In this document: positions 49,642-59,500 of the stretch, piece after piece
How positions within the stretch are numbered: position 1 is the stretch's first letter
Layout of the letters: each line of letters begins with the position of its first letter
Assembly: GCA_963752595.1 (NCBI GenBank)
Contig: CAVVYZ010000015.1
Span: 1 to 64,000, forward strand
Direction: 5' to 3'
DNA length: 64,000 nt
From: an uncultured delta proteobacterium
GTDB taxonomy: Bacteria > Desulfobacterota > Desulfomonilia > UBA1062
Notes under the pieces: model-generated
Seen by the model: the letters and a program-made list of their open reading frames with translations, nothing else
Told to the model about the DNA's origin: nothing
Databases searched by the model: none
Program-made: the position numbers and the translations under genes

Positions 49642-51437
49642 TACAGCTTTTTCATCCTCTCCGTTATGATATCTAATGGGATTCTTATGTTTTTCCGGTA
49701 TGTCCGGCCGTCGTAAGAGGGAAGGGCCGTGCGGATTGTCTTCGTGACGTAGTGCAGCCAGAACAGGAAGCCTGAAAGCGTGTCCCATTCTCCGGCCAAG
49801 CTTAAACACTCCGAGTAATCCTCATACCAGGACTGCAGTATGGGCTCACGGCTGCTGCCGGAGAGCAGCTGATGAATAAAATCCGTCATGCCGCGGTCAT
49901 GAGCGCGTATCTGGTGATGAAATGAATATCCGTAGAGATACAGCAGGTCAAGACAGGGAAAGCCGGGGAAAGAAGACAGGTCCCAATCGATGATTCCTTC
50001 AAGCCCGTCTGAATTGAACAGCAGATTTTCAATCTTGAAGTCACCATGAACCAGAGGCAGCCTGACACGTGTATTCAGCAGGATGTCCTGCAATGCATGT
50101 TCAAGATCCTGCAATTTCTTTATATCTGTCTTATCCCATGCGTTATCCTTGAGCAAGGCGAGGCTGTCCCCCACGAGAGTCTGATACCTGTGCTCATCGA
50201 TGAAGGTATCCTTGCTTGCATCGAGAGAGAAAGAAAGCAAAACCGGACGAACCATTCTATAAACTTCCGAATAATTTATTCGATTCAATTGAAGCTTGTT
50301 GCCGTGGATAAACGTCTCGATGAAGTATTCCTGGCCCTGGTATGAACCGTGATCGACAGGCTTAGGGGCAATAGTCGAGAGGCTGCCGCATGACCGCAAG
50401 TTTGCCAGTGCCGAGTAATTGTTTCTTACCCGCTCGTGATTTACCATACCTCTCCCCAAAGGCATCCTGCAGATAAAGGAAGTGTCGCAGCTGTTCTGCA
50501 GCTCCATAAGGATGGTATCGGGTTTGCCGGAAATATATTTTTGAACCGACAGGCGGTAACCCGTAACCTTTTCAAGGTGAGACAAGAAACCATCCATCCA
50601 GCTTGATGGTTTTTCCCCCTTTGATAAAACCAGCACTTGCGAAGGATAGGAGAACGGCAATTTCTTTGCCGTCTTCTGTAAGCTTCCATACCAGGTTTTC
50701 AGGCCTCTGGTCGACCGGATGATGCTCAGGCAGGAAGCGCTGAAATCCTTCATCTCGATCTCGACGATATTTTCCGGCGAATGCCTGCAAAGGTATCTGA
50801 TGCCGTTCATCAAGCCATGAGGTGCGCCCATCTCCTGCAGGGCTGATGCATTTATGCCTGTCTGCCGGAGGAGCCTCGATGTCTTCACGGGCGGATCGGC
50901 TCGAAACAGTCTGGGAAATATGAAGATATTCGTCCAGTTTTTACTGCTGAATTCTCCGACAATATCGAGCACCCCGGAAACGTGTTTCCTTACCGCTGCT
51001 TCCCCCAGTGTTGAAAGCATATCCTGCGTGATGACAACGAGGCTGATGCCGATGCTGCACCCGAGCCTTCTCATTTCCCCGGCATCGATCCTGTCCAGCA
51101 CATGGATATTGGAGACACCTGCCTCGGATACCCGCATCCGTATCGCATCGGCGCTGCGGTCATACCATGGACAGGTTATGATCCGTTTATAACTTTTTGA
51201 CAGATCCAGTGGGACAGCACCCAATGACGTATCAGCGACAAACACATCTGTGTCAAAGTCTCCGGGCAGCAGCAGTTTCCATACACATTGTTTCGAACTG
51301 AACAGCGACATATCCACATCAGGCCGTCTGCTGCCTTTCTCAGCCGGTTGCATCCGATAGTATTTCCTGTGTCCCTCCCGCCATCCATGGCGGATAATGA
51401 ACGGATGAATTGTTTCAATAAAACTCAGAGTGCTCAC
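49641..51437 (-). CDS. APH/choline-kinase-like phosphotransferase with large N-terminal extension
   Basis: LVHGDFKIENLL, GIIDWD, DL. Confidence 0.78.
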   Translation of the reverse strand: MSTLSFIETIHPFIIRHGWREGHRKYYRMQPAEKGSRRPDVDMSLFSSKQCVWKLLLPGDFDTDVFVADTSLGAVPLDLSKSYKRIITCPWYDRSADAIRMRVSEAGVSNIHVLDRIDAGEMRRLGCSIGISLVVITQDMLSTLGEAAVRKHVSGVLDIVGEFSSKNWTNIFIFPRLFRADPPVKTSRLLRQTGINASALQEMGAPHGLMNGIRYLCRHSPENIVEIEMKDFSASCLSIIRSTRGLKTWYGSLQKTAKKLPFSYPSQVLVLSKGEKPSSWMDGFLSHLEKVTGYRLSVQKYISGKPDTILMELQNSCDTSFICRMPLGRGMVNHERVRNNYSALANLRSCGSLSTIAPKPVDHGSYQGQEYFIETFIHGNKLQLNRINYSEVYRMVRPVLLSFSLDASKDTFIDEHRYQTLVGDSLALLKDNAWDKTDIKKLQDLEHALQDILLNTRVRLPLVHGDFKIENLLFNSDGLEGIIDWDLSSFPGFPCLDLLYLYGYSFHHQIRAHDRGMTDFIHQLLSGSSREPILQSWYEDYSECLSLAGEWDTLSGFLFWLHYVTKTIRTALPSYDGRTYRKNIRIPLDIITERMKKL

Positions 51438-52669
51438 GGAAGGCGAAGGCCTTTTTTGAGTCTGCCTGCGATTTTATGCCGCAGATAGAAAATGCCTGGT
51501 CCAAGGTCGAGGAGGCTGAAAGGCTCAATGCTCGGGACGCTCATCATCACGGAAAAGAAACTGCTCACAGAATAATCCTTGACCGCGATCTTTCTCTTCA
51601 GGTGGGTTAAGTCGCGTTCAAAATTCATCCAGTATTTCTTCTTGCAAGACGAGAGCATCCGTCCCCGGTGATTCCCGTCGGATGAAAAATCGCATAAGGC
51701 ACGGTACGCAACATTGACCCTCATCCGGGTGGCGAGCATGATCTGGGACCAGCAGCGGGGATTGAGCTCGATAACCTTATAACTCCCGTCTCGTTGGTCT
51801 TTTCTGAACTCTATCTCGAAGATCCCATGATACTTCAATTCCTTAAGGATCTTTTTCCCGATCTCATACAGGGCAGGTATGTCGGCGCTGGAGACAAAGG
51901 TGCCGGCACCGAAATCTTTCTGCCGCAGCTTATTGGTCATCACATACCCCTCGATTTCACCACCCGGCCCGCAGTATCCTGCCAGAGAAAACTGGTCTTC
52001 GTTATTGCCGGGTACGATCTCCTGAATCACATACTCCATGTCTCTCTCCGAGAGTTCCCTGGCACGGCTGAAGAGTTCCTCCTGATCGGAGGCAACATAG
52101 AGTTTTTTATCTGCCATCTGCTCGAGCTTGAAGGTCAGCGCAGGCTTGATGATGCAGGGGAAGGGTATCAGCTCTATCCGCTGAAAAGGGGCACCCCGGA
52201 AACGGTGGGAAGAAAAAACCGTCCTGGGGCAGGGGAAGTTGTGGTTCATCAGCCATTCGTAGAAGGCCGCCTTGTTCAGGGTAAGCTTCAACACCTCCAG
52301 GGACGGTCCCACAACAGATAAGATCTTCTTCAATTCATCATGATGATCTATGATATATTCCAGGATATAATCCGATGTCGGAAAGACGAGCGGCCGTTTC
52401 CCGGAATAATGCCTTGCCAGGGAGCTGATCATTTCCAGGGCCTTTCCCGTTTCTTCCGGTGCAGCACTTATATCCGGCACGACGATCCTCCGGCAGTACC
52501 TGGAGAAATCCCGACAGCTCACCGGGCTGTCATCCACGACGATACTCCTGATGCCCTGCTCTCCGAGGCTCTGAATCAGACCCAGGCCGGCGCTCCCGAG
52601 GACGATGGGAATCGCGGCCTGCCCGGCCGAGAGTTTCTTGATCGTTTCTTCGAGATTGTCCGGGTTCAT
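51434..52669 (-). CDS. ATP-grasp ligase (D-aspartate-ligase-like)
   Basis: IQSLGEQG, FPTSD, FPCIIKP, IQEIVPG, KLRQ, EIEFRKD, IELNPR. Confidence 0.86.
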   Translation of the reverse strand: MNPDNLEETIKKLSAGQAAIPIVLGSAGLGLIQSLGEQGIRSIVVDDSPVSCRDFSRYCRRIVVPDISAAPEETGKALEMISSLARHYSGKRPLVFPTSDYILEYIIDHHDELKKILSVVGPSLEVLKLTLNKAAFYEWLMNHNFPCPRTVFSSHRFRGAPFQRIELIPFPCIIKPALTFKLEQMADKKLYVASDQEELFSRARELSERDMEYVIQEIVPGNNEDQFSLAGYCGPGGEIEGYVMTNKLRQKDFGAGTFVSSADIPALYEIGKKILKELKYHGIFEIEFRKDQRDGSYKVIELNPRCWSQIMLATRMRVNVAYRALCDFSSDGNHRGRMLSSCKKKYWMNFERDLTHLKRKIAVKDYSVSSFFSVMMSVPSIEPFSLLDLGPGIFYLRHKIAGRLKKGLRLP

Positions 52670-53349
52670 GGCGTCGCACCGGCATTGGAAAGCCTCTTCT
52701 GAAAAAATGTCTGCCAGCGGTGCCAGGGGCTGACATCAAGGCGAACCCGTAAACCCACATCTTTTTGAATGAATGGGAAAAGAAAGTAATAACCCAGCAC
52801 ATATCCATAGATGATTTTCCCGATGGCAACACGGTTGAATTTCTCTGCCGACCTCATGGGAGACCGGTTCTTTGAGCGGATATACGCGTATACAGACTTG
52901 TATCCCATCCCGGTCAATATCCGGAAGGATTCGCGCATCATCATCGGAGTGAGATTTTTGCCGCGATATTCGGGATCGACAAAGGCATTATGTATCACTG
53001 CGCTTTTCTCTGCGAATTCGAACAGACAGTGCAGGTCAGGCGAACGGATATCACCGGTTTTGAACCAGCAGAAGCCGGCCAGATGGTCTCCAATGCGTGC
53101 GCAGCTGCATAAGTGCCCGGTCTTCAATCTGGAGCTTACCTCAGCATGGGAAAATACCGGTGTCTTTCCGATGCACTTGGCATCGTGGAATTCCATGAGC
53201 TCTGCAACTTCTTCATCCCGGAGAAAAGTTACCTTGAACTCGCTGTCAGCAGGAATCTCAGGGGAAAAGGTCGGATCAGGAAACTTGATTATGTCCATGA
53301 CCTGGATCGATACAACCTGCTTCAGATACCATCGGGCATGTATATTCAT
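52666..53349 (-). CDS. GNAT acetyltransferase
   Basis: FVDPEYRGKNL motif A, N..P..EK. Confidence 0.82.
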   Translation of the reverse strand: MNIHARWYLKQVVSIQVMDIIKFPDPTFSPEIPADSEFKVTFLRDEEVAELMEFHDAKCIGKTPVFSHAEVSSRLKTGHLCSCARIGDHLAGFCWFKTGDIRSPDLHCLFEFAEKSAVIHNAFVDPEYRGKNLTPMMMRESFRILTGMGYKSVYAYIRSKNRSPMRSAEKFNRVAIGKIIYGYVLGYYFLFPFIQKDVGLRVRLDVSPWHRWQTFFQKRLSNAGATP

Positions 53350-53485
53350 AAGAAATACCCCTTGCCTTACAATTGTCCTATCTCAGCTTTTTTTACTTGC
53401 CGCTGTTCATAATGATGAGGAAAATGGTTTCTCATGAGTTATTACTCCGGACGCAGCTTTCGTCATACCATTTGAGCCCGGTCGG

Positions 53486-54559
53486 TCAGGCGAACATGAC
53501 ATCCATGATGTCCCGTGCAACCGGCCGCACCTTATTCCGGTTCTGAACCTCATAATGTACCAGGAGCCCGGGTGTGGTATTCACCTCGTTTATTACGTAG
53601 GATCCCTGTTCTGCACGGCCGATATCCTCGGCGATAAGGTCGATGCCTGCGAGCTTGATGCCCAGGATATCAACGATCCTTTTCCCAAGAGCGATGAAAT
53701 CGGGGGAAATATCGTCGGTTACATCATGGTATTCCCCGCCATACAGCCAGTGGCAGATGTCCTGCAGCCGAACGTGCGTGTCTTGCGGGGGGATGGAGCC
53801 CGGAGAGAATCCCTGTTTCTTTACCAGGCCGGCCATTGCCCTTGGCACCGGGATTTTGTAAAGAATAGGTCTGGTAAGAGGATCATACCCGATGCATTTC
53901 CCGTTGTTCTTCCTGCCCTTGTTGGCAATAGTTATCAGCTCGGACACGGTGTGAACGCCGTCCCCGACAACTGCTGCGGGGTTGCGGGAGCTTGCAGCCA
54001 GGAATTTGCCTTTGCAGAACAGCAGGCGGTAATTTGTCCCTTCAAAGAATCTCTCTACAATGATCTCGGGTCCGTATAATCCGGCGTAAGTAACTGCATA
54101 ACGGATCGAAAAAGGAGTATCGGGTTTGAGGAAGACACCTTTGCTGTCCCCTGTATTTCTCGCAGGCTTGATCGCGATAGGGGCATTGACCCGCTGTTTG
54201 AATAAAAGCGCCCCATGGTAGTCGCCGCTCTTTAAAACCGTATAGTCAGGCACGGGAACGCCCTGTTGTTTCAATATCGAGCTGCAGAATGCCTTGTCTC
54301 CTGCTATCTTCAGCGATGCCTCCCCGTCGAGATCGGTGTAGGAGCGCCAGATATTCTGTACCACGCCGTTTTTCCTGAGCTGGAGAACGTTATTCTCTAG
54401 GAGGACGGCCTTGATTCCCAAGTGTTGTGCCTCGTGCATGTAATATGAATACTCAAGGGGCAGAATATCCGGTTTTACCTCGGGCTTTATGAAAGAGCCG
54501 GCCTTTTTCATGATCCTGAAGATCAGACGATTTATGGGTAAGAGTAAGGCGTTCATCAT
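53486..54559 (-). CDS. stand-alone cyanophycin-synthetase/GshAB-like ATP-grasp domain
   Basis: DK..L...GVPVP, KP...G.S.GV, VER..G..YR, PA.VVGDG..T..ELI..N, AGIDLI, INEVNTTPGL..H. Confidence 0.82.
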   Translation of the reverse strand: MMNALLLPINRLIFRIMKKAGSFIKPEVKPDILPLEYSYYMHEAQHLGIKAVLLENNVLQLRKNGVVQNIWRSYTDLDGEASLKIAGDKAFCSSILKQQGVPVPDYTVLKSGDYHGALLFKQRVNAPIAIKPARNTGDSKGVFLKPDTPFSIRYAVTYAGLYGPEIIVERFFEGTNYRLLFCKGKFLAASSRNPAAVVGDGVHTVSELITIANKGRKNNGKCIGYDPLTRPILYKIPVPRAMAGLVKKQGFSPGSIPPQDTHVRLQDICHWLYGGEYHDVTDDISPDFIALGKRIVDILGIKLAGIDLIAEDIGRAEQGSYVINEVNTTPGLLVHYEVQNRNKVRPVARDIMDVMFA

Positions 54560-54563
54560 TTTC

Positions 54564-55325
54564 CTATCTCAAAGGGGCTGGAGGACCTGGATTCGGGACA
54601 GAGGAGGATTTTTTAAGAAGACGGTCCTTAAATGCACTTCTTCGCCTCGCTTTTGCCGTATTCGGAAACCTTTTCCGGAAGAATACCCTCCACCGATGCC
54701 ACGGATTGGTGGTGAGGCGTACCCGAACACCTGCATCCTTTTGTAAGAGGGGAAAGAACAAGAAATACCCCAGCAGGTAACCATAGAATATCTTCCCGAC
54801 CATCACGGAACGGAACTTTTCAAATGTTATCTTGGGGGATAAGTTCTCTGCTCGGAAGGTGGTGTACACTTTTTCGTACCCCAGTTGAGACAGCTTCCGG
54901 AAGGATTCCTGCATCATCAGCACTAACAAGTGATTGCCGCGGTGCACGGGGTCGACAAAACCGTTGTAAGCCACGATGCTTGTATCCTCGGATTCGAACA
55001 GGCAATGCAGATCAGGAGAAAAGACCTTGCCGGGTGCATACCAGTGAAATCCGACCAGTTTGCCGCCTTTACGGGCGCAACAGCAGAGGTGCCCGTCTTT
55101 CAGCCTGGTTTCTGCCTCCCCGGCGGAAAGAATATTATTCCACTCAACACACCGGCTATCGTGAAACTCCATGAGCTCGGGAATTTCTTTATCCCGCAGA
55201 AACGTCAATGTAAAACCATTGCCGACAGAGAGTCCCGGGGAAAAGGCCAGATCGGGTACCCTGACTATCTCTACACACTGGAGGGAAAACACCTGCTTGA
55301 GGTACCATCGAATGTTTTTTTTCAT
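54564..55325 (-). CDS. GNAT acetyltransferase (paralog of 52666-53349)
   Basis: FVDPVHRGNHL; shares RWYLKQV, ELMEFHD, SPDLHCLFE, GKI.YGY.LGY, PWHRW. Confidence 0.82.
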   Translation of the reverse strand: MKKNIRWYLKQVFSLQCVEIVRVPDLAFSPGLSVGNGFTLTFLRDKEIPELMEFHDSRCVEWNNILSAGEAETRLKDGHLCCCARKGGKLVGFHWYAPGKVFSPDLHCLFESEDTSIVAYNGFVDPVHRGNHLLVLMMQESFRKLSQLGYEKVYTTFRAENLSPKITFEKFRSVMVGKIFYGYLLGYFLFFPLLQKDAGVRVRLTTNPWHRWRVFFRKRFPNTAKARRRSAFKDRLLKKSSSVPNPGPPAPLR

Positions 55326-55362
55326 CTGTGTCGTCCTTTCACATAATGCTCCATCCGCATTT

Positions 55363-56514
55363 CTACTCGTAAAAAATCAGCCCGTACTGGGCGAAGAGCT
55401 TCCTGTTCCTCTCGGTCAGCAGGCCGCCGTTTGCCGCCTGGATACCGGCAGTGCCCCATTCCTGATTCCCTTCGATAATCACCGGGCCGCCTGGAGTGAC
55501 GGCAAAGTCCCAGCCTATGGATTTGATATAATGAAAAATCTGCTGTGCATCAGAGGCAATTCTCTTCACTTCCTCCCAGTAGGGGATCTGAAAGTCTGAG
55601 AATTCCGTCCCGGTGAGCGGGTGGCTGGTCAGCACCTTGCCGTGGGGCGGTTTCGTGAAACCTTCTTTCTTCAGTCTGCCGGTCTGGAGATCGATTCCCA
55701 CGACGATCCCACCAGCAGAGAAGTTGTCCACAGGGGAGTCGGTCGAGCTTGATCTCAGCATTGCTGCAATGAATTCGACTTTATGATCGATGGATAAAAA
55801 CGTAATGATTCGGATGGAGTTCACGGAATACGGGTTGATCGCATCGAGTTTCGGGTGCTGCTGAATCACTTCCTGCACGAGGTAGCCGTCGTTTTCTTCA
55901 TGGACTTCATCTTTTTCGATCATATGAGCCGGGGCATCCGGATCATTGCCGGAGATAAAATGGATTCCCTTTCCCATAAGCCCCCATACCGGTTTCAAGA
56001 CAAACCTTTTCAGATTGTTCCGTTCCATCAGTTCTCTCAGAAAAAGATTGCCGTTTTTCAGGCAATCCCTTCCGCATTTGCCATAAAGCTTCGGCACGGG
56101 CAGCCCATGCTGGACACACAGGCAATGGAACAGGTACTTATCGTGTACCAGAATGAAGGTAGACTTTTTCCATAGTGTGTTCCACAGCCTGGGCCGAAGG
56201 AGCGGGGCATGAGGATCGTCCATGTAGTTTTTGAATATCTTCCTTTCCATGGTATCGAAACGGAGCAGGTGGTAGTTTGTCGGCAGAAATCCCAGGACGA
56301 AAAAAAGATAGAGGTAATCCAGAAACTGCTGCCATCCGGATTTCACCCCGTTCTTATCCCCGCAGTAGCTTGGGTTGTGAAAGCCTTTGAATAGGCCGAA
56401 TATCCGGCTGTAATGGGAAGAATACCGGCGGAATAAGCCGAGAGTCTTAAAAAGATGAACCATCATGCGGAGGTACCCCGATGTTTGTCTGCCTTGAGTA
56501 AAGGTGATCCGCAC
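55363..56514 (-). CDS. sugar-transfer-associated ATP-grasp protein
   Basis: DK, LKP..G..GKG, VQE.I.QHP, SVNSIRI.T, DNFS.GG, HP.TG, IGWD.A, IEGN. Confidence 0.85.
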   Translation of the reverse strand: MRITFTQGRQTSGYLRMMVHLFKTLGLFRRYSSHYSRIFGLFKGFHNPSYCGDKNGVKSGWQQFLDYLYLFFVLGFLPTNYHLLRFDTMERKIFKNYMDDPHAPLLRPRLWNTLWKKSTFILVHDKYLFHCLCVQHGLPVPKLYGKCGRDCLKNGNLFLRELMERNNLKRFVLKPVWGLMGKGIHFISGNDPDAPAHMIEKDEVHEENDGYLVQEVIQQHPKLDAINPYSVNSIRIITFLSIDHKVEFIAAMLRSSSTDSPVDNFSAGGIVVGIDLQTGRLKKEGFTKPPHGKVLTSHPLTGTEFSDFQIPYWEEVKRIASDAQQIFHYIKSIGWDFAVTPGGPVIIEGNQEWGTAGIQAANGGLLTERNRKLFAQYGLIFYE

Positions 56515-56560
56515 AAAGGCCCCATGCCGACATGAGGCCTTTGTGCGTACCTGTATCCGA

Positions 56561-59500
56561 TTATCTCATTGAAGGCGGCTTCAGGTTGAAGTTGTAATAC
56601 TCGTAGACCGGTTCAATGGCATTGAGCCGCGCCAGGATCTGATTATCGGTATCTCCCATGAGATACCGCCTCAGGTATTCCGGCGCGGTAACCTCGTCCG
56701 TATCGGCCCTCGTGAAGAAGAAGATGCCCCGGTTGAAAGCGCCGACATAATAATTGGACGAGTTGCAGCCGCCGTAGAACATGCGGGAATAGCGCATCTC
56801 TTCGGCAGGGATCTTGATGGTGCCGGTGTCGCAGATCACCTTGCCGAACTTGATCAGTGAGCCTGAGTAGAAGTGAGGCCTTTCATGGAACGTGTTATCC
56901 ACGAATTCGATGGCGACCATGTTGCAGACGTACGCAGTCTCGGTTTCCGTATCGTTTCCGCCCGGGCCCGACACGGTCAGCCTTACCGTGAAGGAGCCGA
57001 TGTCCGTGTACACATGCGTCGGGTTCTGCTCATTGCTCGTGGACCCGTCGCCGAAATCCCAATGCCGGGCAGTAATGATGCCTGAGCTCCGGTCCTTGAA
57101 CTTCACGATGGTCCTCTCTGCATTGTTTCTTGCCGGCGCCGTGAACTCGGCATGAAGCGGGGCCGTGCTGTCGACGACGATGAAGCTCTCCTTCACCTCT
57201 GTCTGTTCCATGCCGGGAGAAGCAATGACCTTGAGACTTACCGTGTATATCCCGGGCTGTTCATAGGTGTGCTGCGGGTTCTTTTCCGTGCTCGTCACCC
57301 CGTCGCCGAAATCCCAGAGACGGGAGGTGATGGTTACATTATTTGCCAAACTCTGGTCAATGAACTTCACCGCCAGGGGCGCGCTTCCCGAAACGGCATC
57401 CGTATCGAATTCCGCCTGGAGGATGGAGTCGGGGTTGTCCTTGCAGTTCAAGGCGATCGCATCGGCAACCACTCTGCCGTTTGCATTGTCATTGATTTCT
57501 ATTCTGCACGTTCCCTGATTGAAATAATAGGTTCCCAGGGATTTCACCATGGTCAGTATGGGCTGCTGCTGGTTCATCTCCACCGTGGCATCGCCGCCTG
57601 CATGATGGATGATGTACTTCGCATTGGTGGCGTTGCTCGCAGACGGGAACCATGAGGTGAGCACCTCATAGTTGCCGGAGTACCGCAGGAAGATGGAAAA
57701 CACCGCTTTATTGCTCCCTGTCCCTGCGCTGTGATACTGGTAGTTATACCCGAGGTATCCGGATTCACCCATGTAACCCCCGCCCTGGATCTTCCCTATG
57801 GGCCAGGTCCCGATGAGGTCGCAATGATTGAAATCCGGATCGGAATTGGTGATGAAATATTCGGGATTCCGCACCGGGTCGGGCGGAGATCCGTCTGGGG
57901 AGAACCATGCCGGTGTGTTGGAATCCGGAAATCTTTCCAGATAGCTCCCGTTGGAGAGTTCGACCTTGTACGTCACCGGGTCTCCGGGAATGGTATACGT
58001 CAGGTAGTAATTGTACGGCGGCGTGCCCTGGCTGAAGTCATACGGCATCAATGCGCTTTTCCCATTCTTGAAGATCGGGTTCCAGTTCGGGTACGCCTGG
58101 CCGTACTTCATGCCGTCCGGCTTCACAGATACCATCATGGTCGAATAATTGGCAAAACGGTCATCGTCTACGAAAAAGACATTGTCCATCTGCTGGTTCT
58201 GGGTTTCCCTGGATGTGGCAAAGGTCGCGCCGAAGCCGAAGTTGGAGTGGCCGTTGAAGATGATGTGAGCCCCTTCTTGCTTCAGCGCCTGTTCCATGGC
58301 TGCAGGGGTGCGGACCGAGTAGATGTTGTAGGTAATTCCCTTTGCGGCATTCCGGTACACCCATACGCCGTTCTGCTCGGTTGCCCCGAGGCGTTTCAGA
58401 TAATCGTAACACCGGGGCAGGAACAGGGCGTTTTTGGAATATCCGTCACAGAGATAGATGTTTTCCATGGCGGTATACACCTGAATGTATGCATCCCGTG
58501 CCATGGTATCCGAACCATAGTCATTGCTTGCCGTCAATGTCACTCTGAACGTGCCTGCCTGGTTGTAGACATGGACAGGGTCCTTCTGCGTACTGGTCGT
58601 TCCGTCGCCGAAATTCCAGAGCCTTCCGGTCACCGTGCCGATGCTCTGATCAAAGAAGCTGATGGTGCACGGAGCGCTTCCCGATGTCTTGTCGCCGGCA
58701 AAACCAGCAACCGGAGCAGTTCCTCCCTGGCCGTCAGCCTGGACGAACCGTACCGCATCGGCACACGTGCTCGTCGGGTAGGGCTGGGAGGTGATAGTCA
58801 CCCGGTACGACCGTCCGGCTTCATAGTAATAGGTGCCGAGGCTGTTCCATTTTCCGCCGTTTATCTGCTGATTGACAGCCACTGTCGATGCCGTAACGCC
58901 GTTTGAGTAATGCTCGATCCTCACAGGTATGGCGGTGCTCCTCGATGAGTACTGGGTCCACCACATGGAGACTTCGTAATAAGCCGAGGCAGCAGGAGAG
59001 AACGACCAGGTGTAGGTCGTCCCGTCGCGGCTCCAGAGCGAGTTCGAGCCGTATGCACCTGATCCGCCGGACACATACCAGGTGCCGCTGGAAGAGGTAC
59101 CCGGCCCGCTGTTATCGATGATCACCTCCTGGGCGGCATCCTGGATGACGAGGGTCCGGGTAACGGGCTCTGAAGAGGCTCCCATATCGTCTGATACCAG
59201 GAAGGATATGACATGGCTACCCTGGGAAAGGGACGGGGTGGAAAAGGAAAAGTCATAACTCAAGATGCCGTCGATATCCGATTCCCATACGCAGGATTCA
59301 ACAGACCCGTTGAAAACTTCGCCGTGGCCGGAAAAGGATACTGTCTGACCGGGCACGGCCGGGTTCGGAGAGATGGAATCGATGACGGCTGTGGGAGGAC
59401 TATCCTCCGGGATATACTTGAACCAGACGGCGTCGGCGCAGGTGCTCACCGATGCGCCATATGCAGCGGTAACCATGACGCTTCCTTCGCCGTCAAAATA

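Noticed and set aside
53486-54559. True cyanophycin synthetase cphA
   Set aside because: Less than half length, no Mur-ligase domain, no cphB
35034-56514. Graspetide (ATP-grasp RiPP) cluster
   Set aside because: The ligases do not look like the MvdC/D type, no repeat-core precursor was found, and the context is polysaccharide synthesis
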